Source: Bacteroidales bacterium
GTDB lineage: Bacteria; Bacteroidota; Bacteroidia; Bacteroidales; PUMT01
Direction of reading: 5' to 3'
DNA length: 64,000 bases
NCBI GenBank assembly: GCA_007135095.1
Contig: SLJO01000178.1
Span: 83-64,082, forward strand
The position numbers and the translations under genes are program-made. Of the stretch, positions 1 to 9,730 are shown piece by piece. Below the pieces are notes generated by a model. The model ran no database searches. It worked only from the letters and a program-made list of their open reading frames with translations, and was not told where the DNA came from. The first letter of the stretch is position 1. Every line of letters begins with the position of its first letter.

Positions 1-1556
1 ATCAGGTTGATCACAATAAGAACAAACTGAATTCCCTGAAAAAAGAGATCCTTGAACTGCAGCCCTGGGGAAACTTTTCTGTTGAAAGCATTAGTAAACT
101 CGGGGAACATGGTATTTTCATGAAATTTTTTGTTTCTCCTGCCAGGAAGTATGATCCCCGGTGGGAGGAGCAATACACCATCGAGCAAATAAGTACGCAC
201 GGCGGACAGAAATATTTTGTTGTGATTTCGAGAGACAATGAAGAAGTCAGCATACTGGCCGAAGAAGTAAGTCTCCCGCAACGATCCCTTGAGTCGCTGA
301 ACCAGGAAAAGGTTAAGCTCCAAAAACAGATAGAAAGCGTAGAAAGCCGTTTTACCCATCTTGCAAACACCGGCCTTCCTTCATTAGAAATGTATAAAAA
401 CTCCCTTATCCAGAAACTTGAGTACGATAAGGCGGTTTATCATACTTCCCGTGAAGCCGAAAACCGCCTTATGATTCTCGAGGGATGGGTTCCGGCTGAA
501 TCAGCTGAAAATGTCAACAGTTTCCTCGACAGCACAGGCGCTGCCTATATTACTGCAGAACCCGCCGATGAAGACAGGGTTCCCATAATGTTGAAAAACA
601 AGGGTTTTTCCGAAAAGTTTGAGAAACTTGGAGAACTGTATTCGCTGCCCAATTACAAGGAACTTGATATAACTCCGTTTTTTGCCCCGTTCTATGCCCT
701 GTTCTTTGGCTTTTGCCTTGGCGATGTTGGTTATGGCATTCTTATGTCAGCCGGTGCCATTTTCGCAAGGAGCAGGATTGAGAAGGAATTCAGGCCCATG
801 GCCGTGCTTGTTCTGTATCTCGGACTGGCTACCGTGCTGTTCGGGTTAATCAGCGGTGTCTTCTTCGGGATAAACCTGTATGGGACAAATCTGCCTGTTT
901 ACCGGCAGGTTTCAGTTATGCTCACCGAACGCGGAACTGATATAAATATGCTCCTGTTTTATCTGGCTATTCTCCTGGGTGGCATACAGATCATCTTTGG
1001 CATGATCCTTAAGGCTGTAAATGAGACAAGGCAGTTTGGCTGGAAATATGCCGTCGGAACCTACGGGTGGCTTACCCTTATTATCGGCAGCCTGCTTGTG
1101 TATCTTGTAAGTGCCGTCACCGGCATCTCCATGGAAGGACTCATGCCTGCCATGTATACTATATTGGTAATCAGTGGCATTATGATCCTTTTGCTGAACA
1201 ACCTTTACAGGAATATCCTGACTAATTTCGGACTCGGTCTTTGGAATACCTATAATATGGCCACCGGCTTGCTTGGCGACCTTTTGAGCTATATACGACT
1301 TTTTGCCCTTGGCATCTCAAGTGCCATCCTTGGGTTTGTATTTAACAGCCTGGCAGTATCAATGAGCGGAAATATTCCTGTGGTCAGTGTTATCTTCATG
1401 ATTATAATACTTATTTTCGGGCACGGAATCAACCTTTTCATGTCCGGGCTGGGTGCATTCGTGCATCCTATGCGCCTTACCTTTGTGGAATTTTACAAGA
1501 ATGCAGGGTTCACTGGTGGCGGGACCAAATATAATCCTTTTAGAAAAATCAATTAA
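1..1556 (+). CDS. ntpI: V-type ATPase subunit I (membrane a-subunit), 5'-partial
   Basis: The reading frame is open to the window start (frame 3 reads QVDHNKNKLNSLKKEILELQPWGNF before the listed Met). It has a multi-TM C-terminal half with PNYKELDITPFFAPFYALFFGFCLGDVGYG and RLFALGISSAILG motifs typical of V/A-ATPase subunit I. The proteolipid gene follows directly. Confidence 0.9.
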   Translation, partial: QVDHNKNKLNSLKKEILELQPWGNFSVESISKLGEHGIFMKFFVSPARKYDPRWEEQYTIEQISTHGGQKYFVVISRDNEEVSILAEEVSLPQRSLESLNQEKVKLQKQIESVESRFTHLANTGLPSLEMYKNSLIQKLEYDKAVYHTSREAENRLMILEGWVPAESAENVNSFLDSTGAAYITAEPADEDRVPIMLKNKGFSEKFEKLGELYSLPNYKELDITPFFAPFYALFFGFCLGDVGYGILMSAGAIFARSRIEKEFRPMAVLVLYLGLATVLFGLISGVFFGINLYGTNLPVYRQVSVMLTERGTDINMLLFYLAILLGGIQIIFGMILKAVNETRQFGWKYAVGTYGWLTLIIGSLLVYLVSAVTGISMEGLMPAMYTILVISGIMILLLNNLYRNILTNFGLGLWNTYNMATGLLGDLLSYIRLFALGISSAILGFVFNSLAVSMSGNIPVVSVIFMIIILIFGHGINLFMSGLGAFVHPMRLTFVEFYKNAGFTGGGTKYNPFRKIN

Positions 1557-1582
1557 ATAATAACTTTATTCACTTAACTTAA

Positions 1583-2050
<468 letters not shown>

Positions 2051-2068
2051 TTGTCCTTATTGATATAT

Positions 2069-2102
2069 AACCCGCTGATTATTTTCTTATCAGCGGGTTT
2101 TT
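2069..2102 (+). terminator. Rho-independent terminator after the V-ATPase genes
   Basis: Perfect 11-bp stem aacccgctgat / atcagcgggtt with a 9-nt loop, running into a T5 tract 19 nt after the ntpK stop. Confidence 0.75.
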
Positions 2103-2231
2103 GTGTGTATCCTGTTTGAGATGTCCTTAATTAAGATTAAATTGCATAGTAATTGAATCATCCTTTTTTATTGAAGGTTAAACAGACACTTTTTATTAGG
2201 GGTTCTTTTGGTTATATTTTTATTTTGAATA

Positions 2232-2666
2232 ATGGCAACAACAATTAAATATATTTCCGACAGGCCGGTAAGGTGCGCATTGATTATCGTAGCAGCGGTT
2301 ATGCTTATGTTTTCTGCCGGTTGCGACAGGGATGATAATATTCTGGTGGCTATTGTACGTTTTGAAACATTTGCACCCAAACAGGCTGTCCAGGGAGCAG
2401 AAACAGGAGGCCGGGTGCTTGCAAACAGGGATATTGATTTTGATGAATACGGGGTATGCTTCAGTACCAGGCCAAACCCCGGTATAGGCGACAGGATCGC
2501 ATCAGGAACCAACCTGGAAACATCCTGGGTCCAGGAAAGTTATTCCATAGAATTTACGGCTACTATCACCGGGCTGACGGCAGGCACCAAATACTATATA
2601 CGGGCATTCCTCACCACAAGGACAGGAACAGCCTACGGTGATGAGGTTGAGTTTACCCCCAACTGA
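2232..2666 (+). CDS. Small lipoprotein with Ig/FN3-like beta domain, function unknown
   Basis: Signal peptide ending in the lipobox-like FSAGC. The C-terminal TATITGLTAGTKYYIRAF pattern resembles FN3-type strands. No specific family recognised. Confidence 0.55.
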   Translation: MATTIKYISDRPVRCALIIVAAVMLMFSAGCDRDDNILVAIVRFETFAPKQAVQGAETGGRVLANRDIDFDEYGVCFSTRPNPGIGDRIASGTNLETSWVQESYSIEFTATITGLTAGTKYYIRAFLTTRTGTAYGDEVEFTPN

Positions 2667-2708
2667 CCGATGGCGGCATGTTTGCCTGCCGGCTTTTTTA
2701 ATCTTTCA

Positions 2709-3851
2709 TTACAATCCGGCCATTTCTATCAGTTGCCTTACTGAGTGGATGGTTGAATAACTTTGATTCAGCAGGGCTTCTCTTTTATCCAGCTCACCAG
2801 TTTCAAAATTCATCCTGAAACGTCTCGCAATGATTTTTAAATATTCCTCCGGGTTTTCAGCTGTATCGCATAATGTCTCTAGTCCGGTATTTCTTACCAT
2901 GGCTTTATCAGTAATACAGTATCGCCCCTTATAGAGTGCATTCAGTAATTTCAGCTTCATTCCGCTCACATTTCCGGCAGGTAACAGGTGAATTTGCGCA
3001 TTCAGCATCAGGTTATCCATTTCCTCTTCATCAGGATTTGATATTAATTTCACATTACCTGCCGTGGCAGTAATTTTAAGGATTTTTGCTGATGGATTTT
3101 TACCGGCAATCATAAAAGGAACATTTATCAGGGGTGCTATCTTTTCCAATATGAACATTGCCATTTTTTCATTTTCGCAAACCGATAAATTGCCATGGTA
3201 GAGAACATAACTTCCACGGCCTGGTTTTGACCTGACTTTGCTGTTTTCATGAAAAGGCGGGATATGCTTTACCGCCCTGAATTTCCCGGGGTATCTTTCT
3301 CTGAAATAGGTTGTGTCATCTTTACTGAGGCAGGCAATTGCAAGGTTGGCGTTAAGATTTCTCTCATAATGGCAGAGCTTTATTGCTTCCAGGCCGAAAT
3401 AAAGCCTGTCTCTGATATTGCCGGCATTCCTGAAGAGATTAGCATAGTATCCTGATTCTATATTATGCATTCTAACTATCAGAGTGCGCCCGGATAGTTC
3501 TTTCCTGCTTGCAGACATTGTGGTATGCATTCCCTCGTAAATAACCGGGTAGTTGTCACCGGCAAGGTTACCAATCAATTCCGGACTGACCCGTGTGGCA
3601 ACAATGTATGGCTTACGACTGAAGAGATAGTTTGTTTTATTTTTTCTCCCATAGTAACTGACGTTGTAACATATTTTTTCCAGCATAGAATTTTTTTCCC
3701 TGCCATAGTGAAAACAGTGAAGATGAACTTTTATGCCTGCTTGAGTCAATGCCCTGATCTTATAAAACACGTCTATAACGCCCCCGTAATCGGGAGGATA
3801 CGGTACATCAAAAGATATTATGTGAATGTGCTTATCGGGAGAACCGGGCAT
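2709..3851 (-). CDS. Glycosyltransferase (GT-B fold, family 1/4-like)
   Basis: 380 aa. The N-terminus HIISFDVPYPPDYGGVIDVFYKIRAL and the C-terminal half (LLPAGNVSGMKLKLLNALYKGRY) match group-1 glycosyltransferase architecture. Same strand as the encapsulin genes, 69 nt downstream. Confidence 0.7.
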   Translation of the reverse strand: MPGSPDKHIHIISFDVPYPPDYGGVIDVFYKIRALTQAGIKVHLHCFHYGREKNSMLEKICYNVSYYGRKNKTNYLFSRKPYIVATRVSPELIGNLAGDNYPVIYEGMHTTMSASRKELSGRTLIVRMHNIESGYYANLFRNAGNIRDRLYFGLEAIKLCHYERNLNANLAIACLSKDDTTYFRERYPGKFRAVKHIPPFHENSKVRSKPGRGSYVLYHGNLSVCENEKMAMFILEKIAPLINVPFMIAGKNPSAKILKITATAGNVKLISNPDEEEMDNLMLNAQIHLLPAGNVSGMKLKLLNALYKGRYCITDKAMVRNTGLETLCDTAENPEEYLKIIARRFRMNFETGELDKREALLNQSYSTIHSVRQLIEMAGL

Positions 3852-3920
3852 TGTTTCCTGTAGTCATGGTCAGCATGCTTTTCCCTGCCGGGGTTTTCCG
3901 TGAGGGATAATGTTAGCTTT

Positions 3921-4715
3921 CTATTCGATCATAATTATGGTTGCCGGATCATGGATCTGCAGGGTGAATGATTCGGTGAAGAACAATTGAACTTCCCTTT
4001 CGCTGTGAGATTCATAACCAATCGAAATATCCTGACCCAGTATAAGGTTGAGCTCCGAGGCTTTAGCCGGCACAAGGAAGGATTCCTTTATAAAGTGGCT
4101 TAGAATCACCTGCCCGCCGAGAAGTTGTTCCAGTTGAAATTTCAGGGGGTAACCCATGAAATGGGCTGATATTTTTTGCCATTTATCCGGGCTTACGATG
4201 AGTGAATAGGGTCCGTTGACTGCAGAGTCCGACAGGCTGGTAATGCCCATGGAAACCACCGAGAGAATGTCGTCAATCTGATCAGGGAATTCCAGTTTTT
4301 GTTCGGTATTGCAATCCCTCAATCCGGTGACCGAAGCTTCCGCAAGCCCGTAATATATTGTAGTATCCTCAAATTCAGCCAGCTTGATTGCTGCCTCCTC
4401 CATCGCACCAAGATCAATATCCTTTGCACCTCTTGTCAGGTTATCCAGTTCCCATGTGTCAAGGGTGAACATGATCCTTGGCTCAATTAACGGCTGCACC
4501 TTATGTATACCGTATACCACCCCCTTATTGTTCTGCTTGCCGGGAATATAAAGCCTTCCTGATGGTACGGCGGCATAATCCCACCCTTTGGGCTCCGATA
4601 CTTCTATAAATTTTCTTGCCGAGAGGTGTGAAGTTAAAAACCGTTTTGCCTCCGATTTTATCTCCTCCCATGCTTCACCCGAAACAGGGGCCAGCTGCTG
4701 CTTTAAAATATCCAT
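3921..4715 (-). CDS. Family-1 encapsulin nanocompartment shell protein (linocin M18-like, HK97 fold)
   Basis: 264 aa. The N-terminus MDILKQQLAPVSGEAWEEIKSEAKRFL and overall length are typical of T=1 encapsulins. Lies 14 nt downstream of a ferritin-like cargo gene. Confidence 0.9.
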   Translation of the reverse strand: MDILKQQLAPVSGEAWEEIKSEAKRFLTSHLSARKFIEVSEPKGWDYAAVPSGRLYIPGKQNNKGVVYGIHKVQPLIEPRIMFTLDTWELDNLTRGAKDIDLGAMEEAAIKLAEFEDTTIYYGLAEASVTGLRDCNTEQKLEFPDQIDDILSVVSMGITSLSDSAVNGPYSLIVSPDKWQKISAHFMGYPLKFQLEQLLGGQVILSHFIKESFLVPAKASELNLILGQDISIGYESHSEREVQLFFTESFTLQIHDPATIIMIE

Positions 4716-4729
4716 AATAAAGTATTTTT

Positions 4730-5044
4730 TTAAATTCTGCCAATTTCAAGGCTTGACGCTTTATCACCATCCTTATGATCATTATCCAAAAATAATTCTT
4801 CCCTGAGTTTCTCGTCCCACCCCGGCATATTTTTTCTAAGCCATTCTATGGTCATGCATGCATGCTCAATCTCCTCGTCCCTGTTATGTTCAAGAATTTT
4901 CTTCAGACTTTCGTTTTTTGTGGCATCAATTCTCTGATTGTACCAGTCAACCGCTTCCACTTCCTCCTTCAGACTGGACAGCGCTCTTGAAATATCCCTT
5001 ACATGGGCACTTAGATCTTCAGCCGGTTCATGGTATCTGGACAT
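4730..5044 (-). CDS. Encapsulated ferritin (EncFtn) cargo protein with C-terminal targeting peptide
   Basis: 104 aa. Contains the two-helix ferritin-like EExxH motif (RDEEIEHACM) plus upstream Glu residues. A Gly/Asp linker is followed by the terminal SSLEIGRI, which resembles encapsulin cargo-loading peptides. Confidence 0.85.
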   Translation of the reverse strand: MSRYHEPAEDLSAHVRDISRALSSLKEEVEAVDWYNQRIDATKNESLKKILEHNRDEEIEHACMTIEWLRKNMPGWDEKLREELFLDNDHKDGDKASSLEIGRI

Positions 5045-5239
5045 GATATTTTGATTTTATCTTCAACAATTGTTAATTAATAACCTAAAATTAACCAACA
5101 AAAAGAAAAATAGCAAGAAATACCAGTAAAAATAGAGGAAAACAAGAGTTTGGGCTACCCGGCAAACAGTCACAGAGCCGGGCGCAAGGAGAGTAATTTT
5201 TATTATCCTCCTGCTGCAGCGCAAGTATAAATTTCCTGA

Positions 5240-6613
5240 TTAAGCCTGATTTTTAATCCTGCCAGCACTTTTATGGATTTTCTCTATTGCGTTTGCAATA
5301 TCATCCATATCAGATTTTCCTGCAATCAGCAGGTTATGAAATAACCAAACCGCCTCTTCACAAAGCTGGTCATTCATCGGACACTGGTTATTTTCAAGGT
5401 AATTATTATAGTCAAGCCTGTCGCTGGAATACATTAACCTGAAATTTTTTGTTTGAAATGCATGCGCCAGATACGGCATTTTATTCAAAGGGGTGTATCC
5501 CGACATATTTGGAATACCCTCGGCGCGGAGGGCCCTCTGAAAATCTCTTACCGGCAGTCCATTAAATTCCTCTTTCTTATAACGGAAGGGGAATAAATGA
5601 AAGGCTGCCCTGGTAACATTATCATAAAGCCTGTAAGGCAGTATACCGGGAATATCAGTAATCCTGGATCTCAGGTACGCGGCATTTGCATTCCTTATAG
5701 TTGTTTGTGCGTCAAGCCTCTCCAGCTGGGCGAGAGCAATGGCTGCCTGGTATTCTGTTGTCCGCAGCTTTGTTCCCAGCATCAGTGTTCCGGCACCTAC
5801 CTCGCCTACAATTGCTCCATAGGGATTTCCGTAGTTGTGAAATGAATAGCACCTGTCCATGAAGGCATCATCGTCGCTCACAATTCCTCCGCCTTCTCCC
5901 ATGGGGATATTCTTTGAATTCTGGAAGCTGTAACAACCGGCATTGCCAAAAGTCCCGGTTTGTTTGTTATTAACTTCAGCAAGCCAGCTTTGACAGGCAT
6001 CCTCAACCACAACCAGGTTATGCTTCCTGGCAATTGCCATAATGCTGACGATGTCGCACGGCAGACCCAGGATGTGGACCGGAAGAATTGCTTTTGTGCG
6101 GGATGTTATCTTAGCCTCGATTTTGGAGGGATCTATCTGGAATGTTTCCGGGTCGGTGTCAACAAAAACAGGCATTGCCCCGGTCATCAGTACTGCCTGA
6201 ACAGTTGCGATAAAGGTATAGGGGGGGACGATCACCTCGTCACCACCGCCAATATCCAGCTGCGTAAGGGCCGTGATCAGGGCATTTGTGCCGTTCACGG
6301 TAACAAGGCAGCGTTTGGAGCCTACTGTTTCAGCCCATTTATTTTCAAATTCGGTAACCACGTCGGCACGTGACCATATACCACTGCGCAAGGATTTCAG
6401 AACCCGTTCTTCGTCAGTAGCAGTATTCCAGTCCGGCCACGCAGGCCATGCTGCCGTCCTCACCGGCTGGCCGCCCAGCACTGCAGGCAGGGAGGAACTG
6501 CTCATGGTGTTGCCCGCAAAAGCAGGCGTCATACCCAGTGTGAGGGTTGCTCCAATTCCCGCGAGTGAATTTTTTTTAACAAATTCACGCCTCGAATATT
6601 TTTTTTTGACCAT
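5240..6613 (-). CDS. DegT/DnrJ/EryC1/StrS-family PLP aminotransferase with twin-arginine (Tat) signal peptide
   Basis: The N-terminus MVKKKYSRREFVKKNSLAGIGATLTLGMTPAFAG matches the S-R-R-x-F-[LV]-K Tat consensus. The body has DegT-type motifs (VIVPPYTFIATVQAV, FQNSKNIPMGEGGGIV with the PLP lysine region). Confidence 0.85.
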   Translation of the reverse strand: MVKKKYSRREFVKKNSLAGIGATLTLGMTPAFAGNTMSSSSLPAVLGGQPVRTAAWPAWPDWNTATDEERVLKSLRSGIWSRADVVTEFENKWAETVGSKRCLVTVNGTNALITALTQLDIGGGDEVIVPPYTFIATVQAVLMTGAMPVFVDTDPETFQIDPSKIEAKITSRTKAILPVHILGLPCDIVSIMAIARKHNLVVVEDACQSWLAEVNNKQTGTFGNAGCYSFQNSKNIPMGEGGGIVSDDDAFMDRCYSFHNYGNPYGAIVGEVGAGTLMLGTKLRTTEYQAAIALAQLERLDAQTTIRNANAAYLRSRITDIPGILPYRLYDNVTRAAFHLFPFRYKKEEFNGLPVRDFQRALRAEGIPNMSGYTPLNKMPYLAHAFQTKNFRLMYSSDRLDYNNYLENNQCPMNDQLCEEAVWLFHNLLIAGKSDMDDIANAIEKIHKSAGRIKNQA

Positions 6614-6899
6614 TTTGTAATGATTTTTTAATTATGGTTTCTGCTTGCTTATTCAGAGCAATATAATAATTAATTTCAAGTTTTATTCATAAATCTGCTC
6701 TGCCCCTGCCGTGCAAGGTTTCATCGTCGGGCAACTTCCCTGCCCTTATTTAGTATGATTTAAGGATTAATATCACTAAATTTAGGATTTTGAGATGTTT
6801 TGTACAATATTTTTGAATCACATGCTGTATTTGAAGCATGTCAATCCCTCATACAAAATATAATTAGTTGAAAAATAAATTGATTAACGATTTGTACAC

Positions 6900-8018
6900 A
6901 TGAAAATTAAATTGCCTGCTTATTTCAAACTGGTGATGATTCTTCTCGGAATAGTTCTGATTGTTGTTATAATGAGAGAAGCTAAAGTAATTCTTGCCCC
7001 GATAATGATTTCCGGCTTCTTTGCCATTCTTATAAGTCCTATTACAGCATGGCAGGAAAAAAAAGGCATCCCGCGTGTATTAGCCGTCATGATCAGTCTT
7101 ATCGCCCTCATCGCGTTCGTTTCGGGTATATTCTATTTCTTTTATAACCAGATTCTTGGTTTTTCGGGTGATATTGCAGTACTTGAACGCAGGGTAAATG
7201 AACTTGTTGAGTCTATAAATGTTTTTGTTTCCGAGCACATTGATGGTGTTGTTCCCATTTCGGGTGAAAACATCAGGGAAACGATATTTCAGCAAATTTA
7301 TGCCAATTTCGATGCCTTGACAAAAGGCATTATTGCAACTGCCGGCACATTGACCATGGTGTTCATTATGCCGGTCTATATTTTTCTTTTCCTGTATTTC
7401 AGGGGGTTCCTTGCAGAGTTTTTTAAGCGGGCATTTTCTGATCAGTACAGCGATAAAGTCATCAATGTAATGAATAAGGTCAAGAGCGTTGTTCAGAATT
7501 ATATAGTGGGCATGTTCATCGTTATTTGCATTCTGGCAGTACTCAACAGCATTGCCCTGTTCAGCCTGGGAATAAAACACGCCCTTCTTTTTGCGGTTTT
7601 CGCTGCATTTCTGAATGTAATACCCTTTCTCGGTCCGTTCATTGGCGCAACCCTGCCCATTACATTTGCCCTCCTTACCAAAGATTCACTCTGGTATCCC
7701 TTTGGTGTTTTCCTGTCATTTTATGTCATCCAGCTTATGGAAAGTAATATTTTTACCCCCGGCATTGTAGGCGGCCGGGTTTCCATGAATCCCCTGATGA
7801 CCATCATTACACTTTTTGTCGGATATTTTATCTGGGGAATCGTCGGTATGATCCTGTTTATTCCCGGCATGGCGGTTATGAAAGTTATTTTCGATGAGAT
7901 TGAAGGAATGGAGCCCTACGGCTTCCTTCTGGGCAAGCTGAAGCACGGCCCGGAAGATCCCGATGAAACTCAGGAGCCCAGGCTTTTAACGGAAATTAAA
8001 CAGCGGCTTAAGTTTTAA
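6900..8018 (+). CDS. AI-2E family transporter (PerM/UPF0118)
   Basis: 372 aa, about 8 TM segments, with the conserved LNVIPFLGPFIGA motif. Confidence 0.85.
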   Translation: MKIKLPAYFKLVMILLGIVLIVVIMREAKVILAPIMISGFFAILISPITAWQEKKGIPRVLAVMISLIALIAFVSGIFYFFYNQILGFSGDIAVLERRVNELVESINVFVSEHIDGVVPISGENIRETIFQQIYANFDALTKGIIATAGTLTMVFIMPVYIFLFLYFRGFLAEFFKRAFSDQYSDKVINVMNKVKSVVQNYIVGMFIVICILAVLNSIALFSLGIKHALLFAVFAAFLNVIPFLGPFIGATLPITFALLTKDSLWYPFGVFLSFYVIQLMESNIFTPGIVGGRVSMNPLMTIITLFVGYFIWGIVGMILFIPGMAVMKVIFDEIEGMEPYGFLLGKLKHGPEDPDETQEPRLLTEIKQRLKF

Positions 8019-8178
8019 ATGAAAAATTTACCGGCCTATGAACAGTATCGTGCTGTAAGTCGGTATCCCGCCGGGTTGCTTCCCCATATGATTTTATCAC
8101 TGGGACTTTCTGTTTGGGAGCAGTAAAAATTAAAGATTCCTTATACGGGTAATCCTATGGAGGGAGGATTAATTATTT

Positions 8179-8186
8179 TATCTTTG
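8179..8186 (+). promoter_or_regulatory. Candidate Bacteroidota -7 promoter box (TATCTTTG)
   Basis: Matches TAnnTTTG, 40 nt upstream of the LOG gene ATG. No clear -33 TTTG at the expected spacing. Confidence 0.3.
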
Positions 8187-8225
8187 AATATCCAAAAATG
8201 GCCTCCGGACGGCTTGCAATAAATA

Positions 8226-8819
8226 ATGACATTGAAAATAAAAAAAATTTCAGTTTTTTGCGGGACACACTACGGCAATAACGGTATATACAGGCAGCAG
8301 GCCCTGTTGCTCGGCAGGAGGCTGGCCGGGCGGAAAATAGGTCTTGTTTACGGCGGGGCCAGGGTGGGACTGATGGGGGCAGTTGCAGATGGAGCCCTTG
8401 ATGCCGGGGGGCAGGTCACCGGGGTGTTTCCAGGTTTTCTGGAAGATCTTGAAATTGCCCATAAAGGGCTTTCCGAACTCATAATTGTAGACAGCATGCA
8501 TGCAAGGAAAACCCGCATGAATGAACTTTGTGACGGAGCAATAGCATTACCCGGCGGATACGGTACACTTGAAGAGCTGTTTGAGATGCTTACCTGGGCT
8601 CAGCTGGGATTGCACAGTAAACCGGTGGCTATTTTAAACACAGCCGGATATTATGACGGACTTCTGGAATTAATCCATAAAATGGTTAATATTGGCTTTT
8701 TAAAGGAGAAAACCCGTCAGATGCTTCTGGTTGATGACGAAATTGATGTGATTCTTGACAGGATGGAAGCCTATGATGCTCCCGGGGTGGAAAAATGGAT
8801 CTCAGAAGATGAGCTCTGA
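8226..8819 (+). CDS. LOG family protein (TIGR00730; cytokinin-riboside-5'-monophosphate phosphoribohydrolase-like)
   Basis: 197 aa with GGARVGLMG and the diagnostic PGGYGTLEEL motif. Confidence 0.9.
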   Translation: MTLKIKKISVFCGTHYGNNGIYRQQALLLGRRLAGRKIGLVYGGARVGLMGAVADGALDAGGQVTGVFPGFLEDLEIAHKGLSELIIVDSMHARKTRMNELCDGAIALPGGYGTLEELFEMLTWAQLGLHSKPVAILNTAGYYDGLLELIHKMVNIGFLKEKTRQMLLVDDEIDVILDRMEAYDAPGVEKWISEDEL

Positions 8820-8837
8820 ATGTAATAATTCAAGAAT

Positions 8838-9665
8838 ATGATAAATTATTTTAAGGAATCATTTCGCAGAAAGCAGGCAAGAAGGTATACAAGGGAGTAT
8901 CCTGCAACTGTTAATAACTATGAACTTGAAAAAGACGGAACAGTCAGGTTTGCCAACTGGGACAACCCACTTGTTCCTGAAATTAAAATAAACCAGGCTG
9001 CCGTTGACTTTTACCGGAAGTATATCAGCAAGGGCGACATGGTTATTGATATTGGCACCAACATTGGCGACACTACTGTTCCGATGGCACTGGCAGCCGG
9101 GAGCGGAGGACTGACTATCGGCTTTGACCCCAATCCTGTTGTTTTCAAAATTCTGGAGATTAACGCTTCCCTTAACAGGGAAAAAACCAATATAGTGCCG
9201 TATCGTTATGCCATAACTACCCGGCAAGAGGAGTTTTATTTTATTTCATCGGAGGCTTCCTTTTCCAACGGAGCTATTTCCCAAACCAGGGAAAGCAACC
9301 ATGGCCGCTTCATATATCCGGAAAAAGTGAGGGGGGTGAACCTTATGGAATTTTTAAATGAGAATCATGCATCGTGGCTTCCCAGGCTGAGTTTTATCAA
9401 GGTTGATGCAGAAGGATACGACAAGGAGATCATAAAGTCGATTTCTCCGCTAATTGAAAAATACAGGCCCGTGCTGGTCACAGAAAGCTTCGGGGACAGC
9501 CCTGCGGGTGAAAAACATGAGTTGTACGACGTAATTCACAGGAACCGGTACAGAATTTTTTACTTTTCTGATTTTGATGTTGAAGCCGGAACAACTGAAC
9601 TAAAAAGCAGGGATGATATTTTAAGGTGGAAAGAAACTGTTAACCTGGTTTCAATTCCTGAATAG
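8838..9665 (+). CDS. FkbM-family SAM-dependent methyltransferase
   Basis: The VIDIGTNIGDTTVPMA (SAM motif I) and IKVDAEGYDKEI motifs are characteristic of FkbM-type methyltransferases. Confidence 0.75.
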   Translation: MINYFKESFRRKQARRYTREYPATVNNYELEKDGTVRFANWDNPLVPEIKINQAAVDFYRKYISKGDMVIDIGTNIGDTTVPMALAAGSGGLTIGFDPNPVVFKILEINASLNREKTNIVPYRYAITTRQEEFYFISSEASFSNGAISQTRESNHGRFIYPEKVRGVNLMEFLNENHASWLPRLSFIKVDAEGYDKEIIKSISPLIEKYRPVLVTESFGDSPAGEKHELYDVIHRNRYRIFYFSDFDVEAGTTELKSRDDILRWKETVNLVSIPE

Positions 9666-9730
9666 ATAAACAATTTTTATAAGTCCTGATATTTAAGAAC
9701 CAGGGTTTTTAACCAATACGGAATTCCGGA

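Noticed and set aside
5065-5080. The AACAATTGTT / TTAATTAA palindromes upstream of the encapsulated ferritin gene, considered as a Fur or PerR box.
   Set aside because: They do not match the GATAATGATAATCATTATC-type Fur consensus. AT-rich palindromes are common by chance in AT-rich promoters. They are mentioned only as a note within the encapsulin finding.
6570-6607. A8 and A9 homopolymer runs (coding strand) within the first 15 codons of the Tat-DegT gene, considered as a slipped-strand phase-variation switch.
   Set aside because: The runs simply encode the Lys-rich n-region of the signal peptide (MVKKK..., VKKN). Their lengths (9 nt or less) are at the low end for efficient slippage, and similar A8 runs occur at other signal-peptide starts (for example the M28 peptidase at about 60991).
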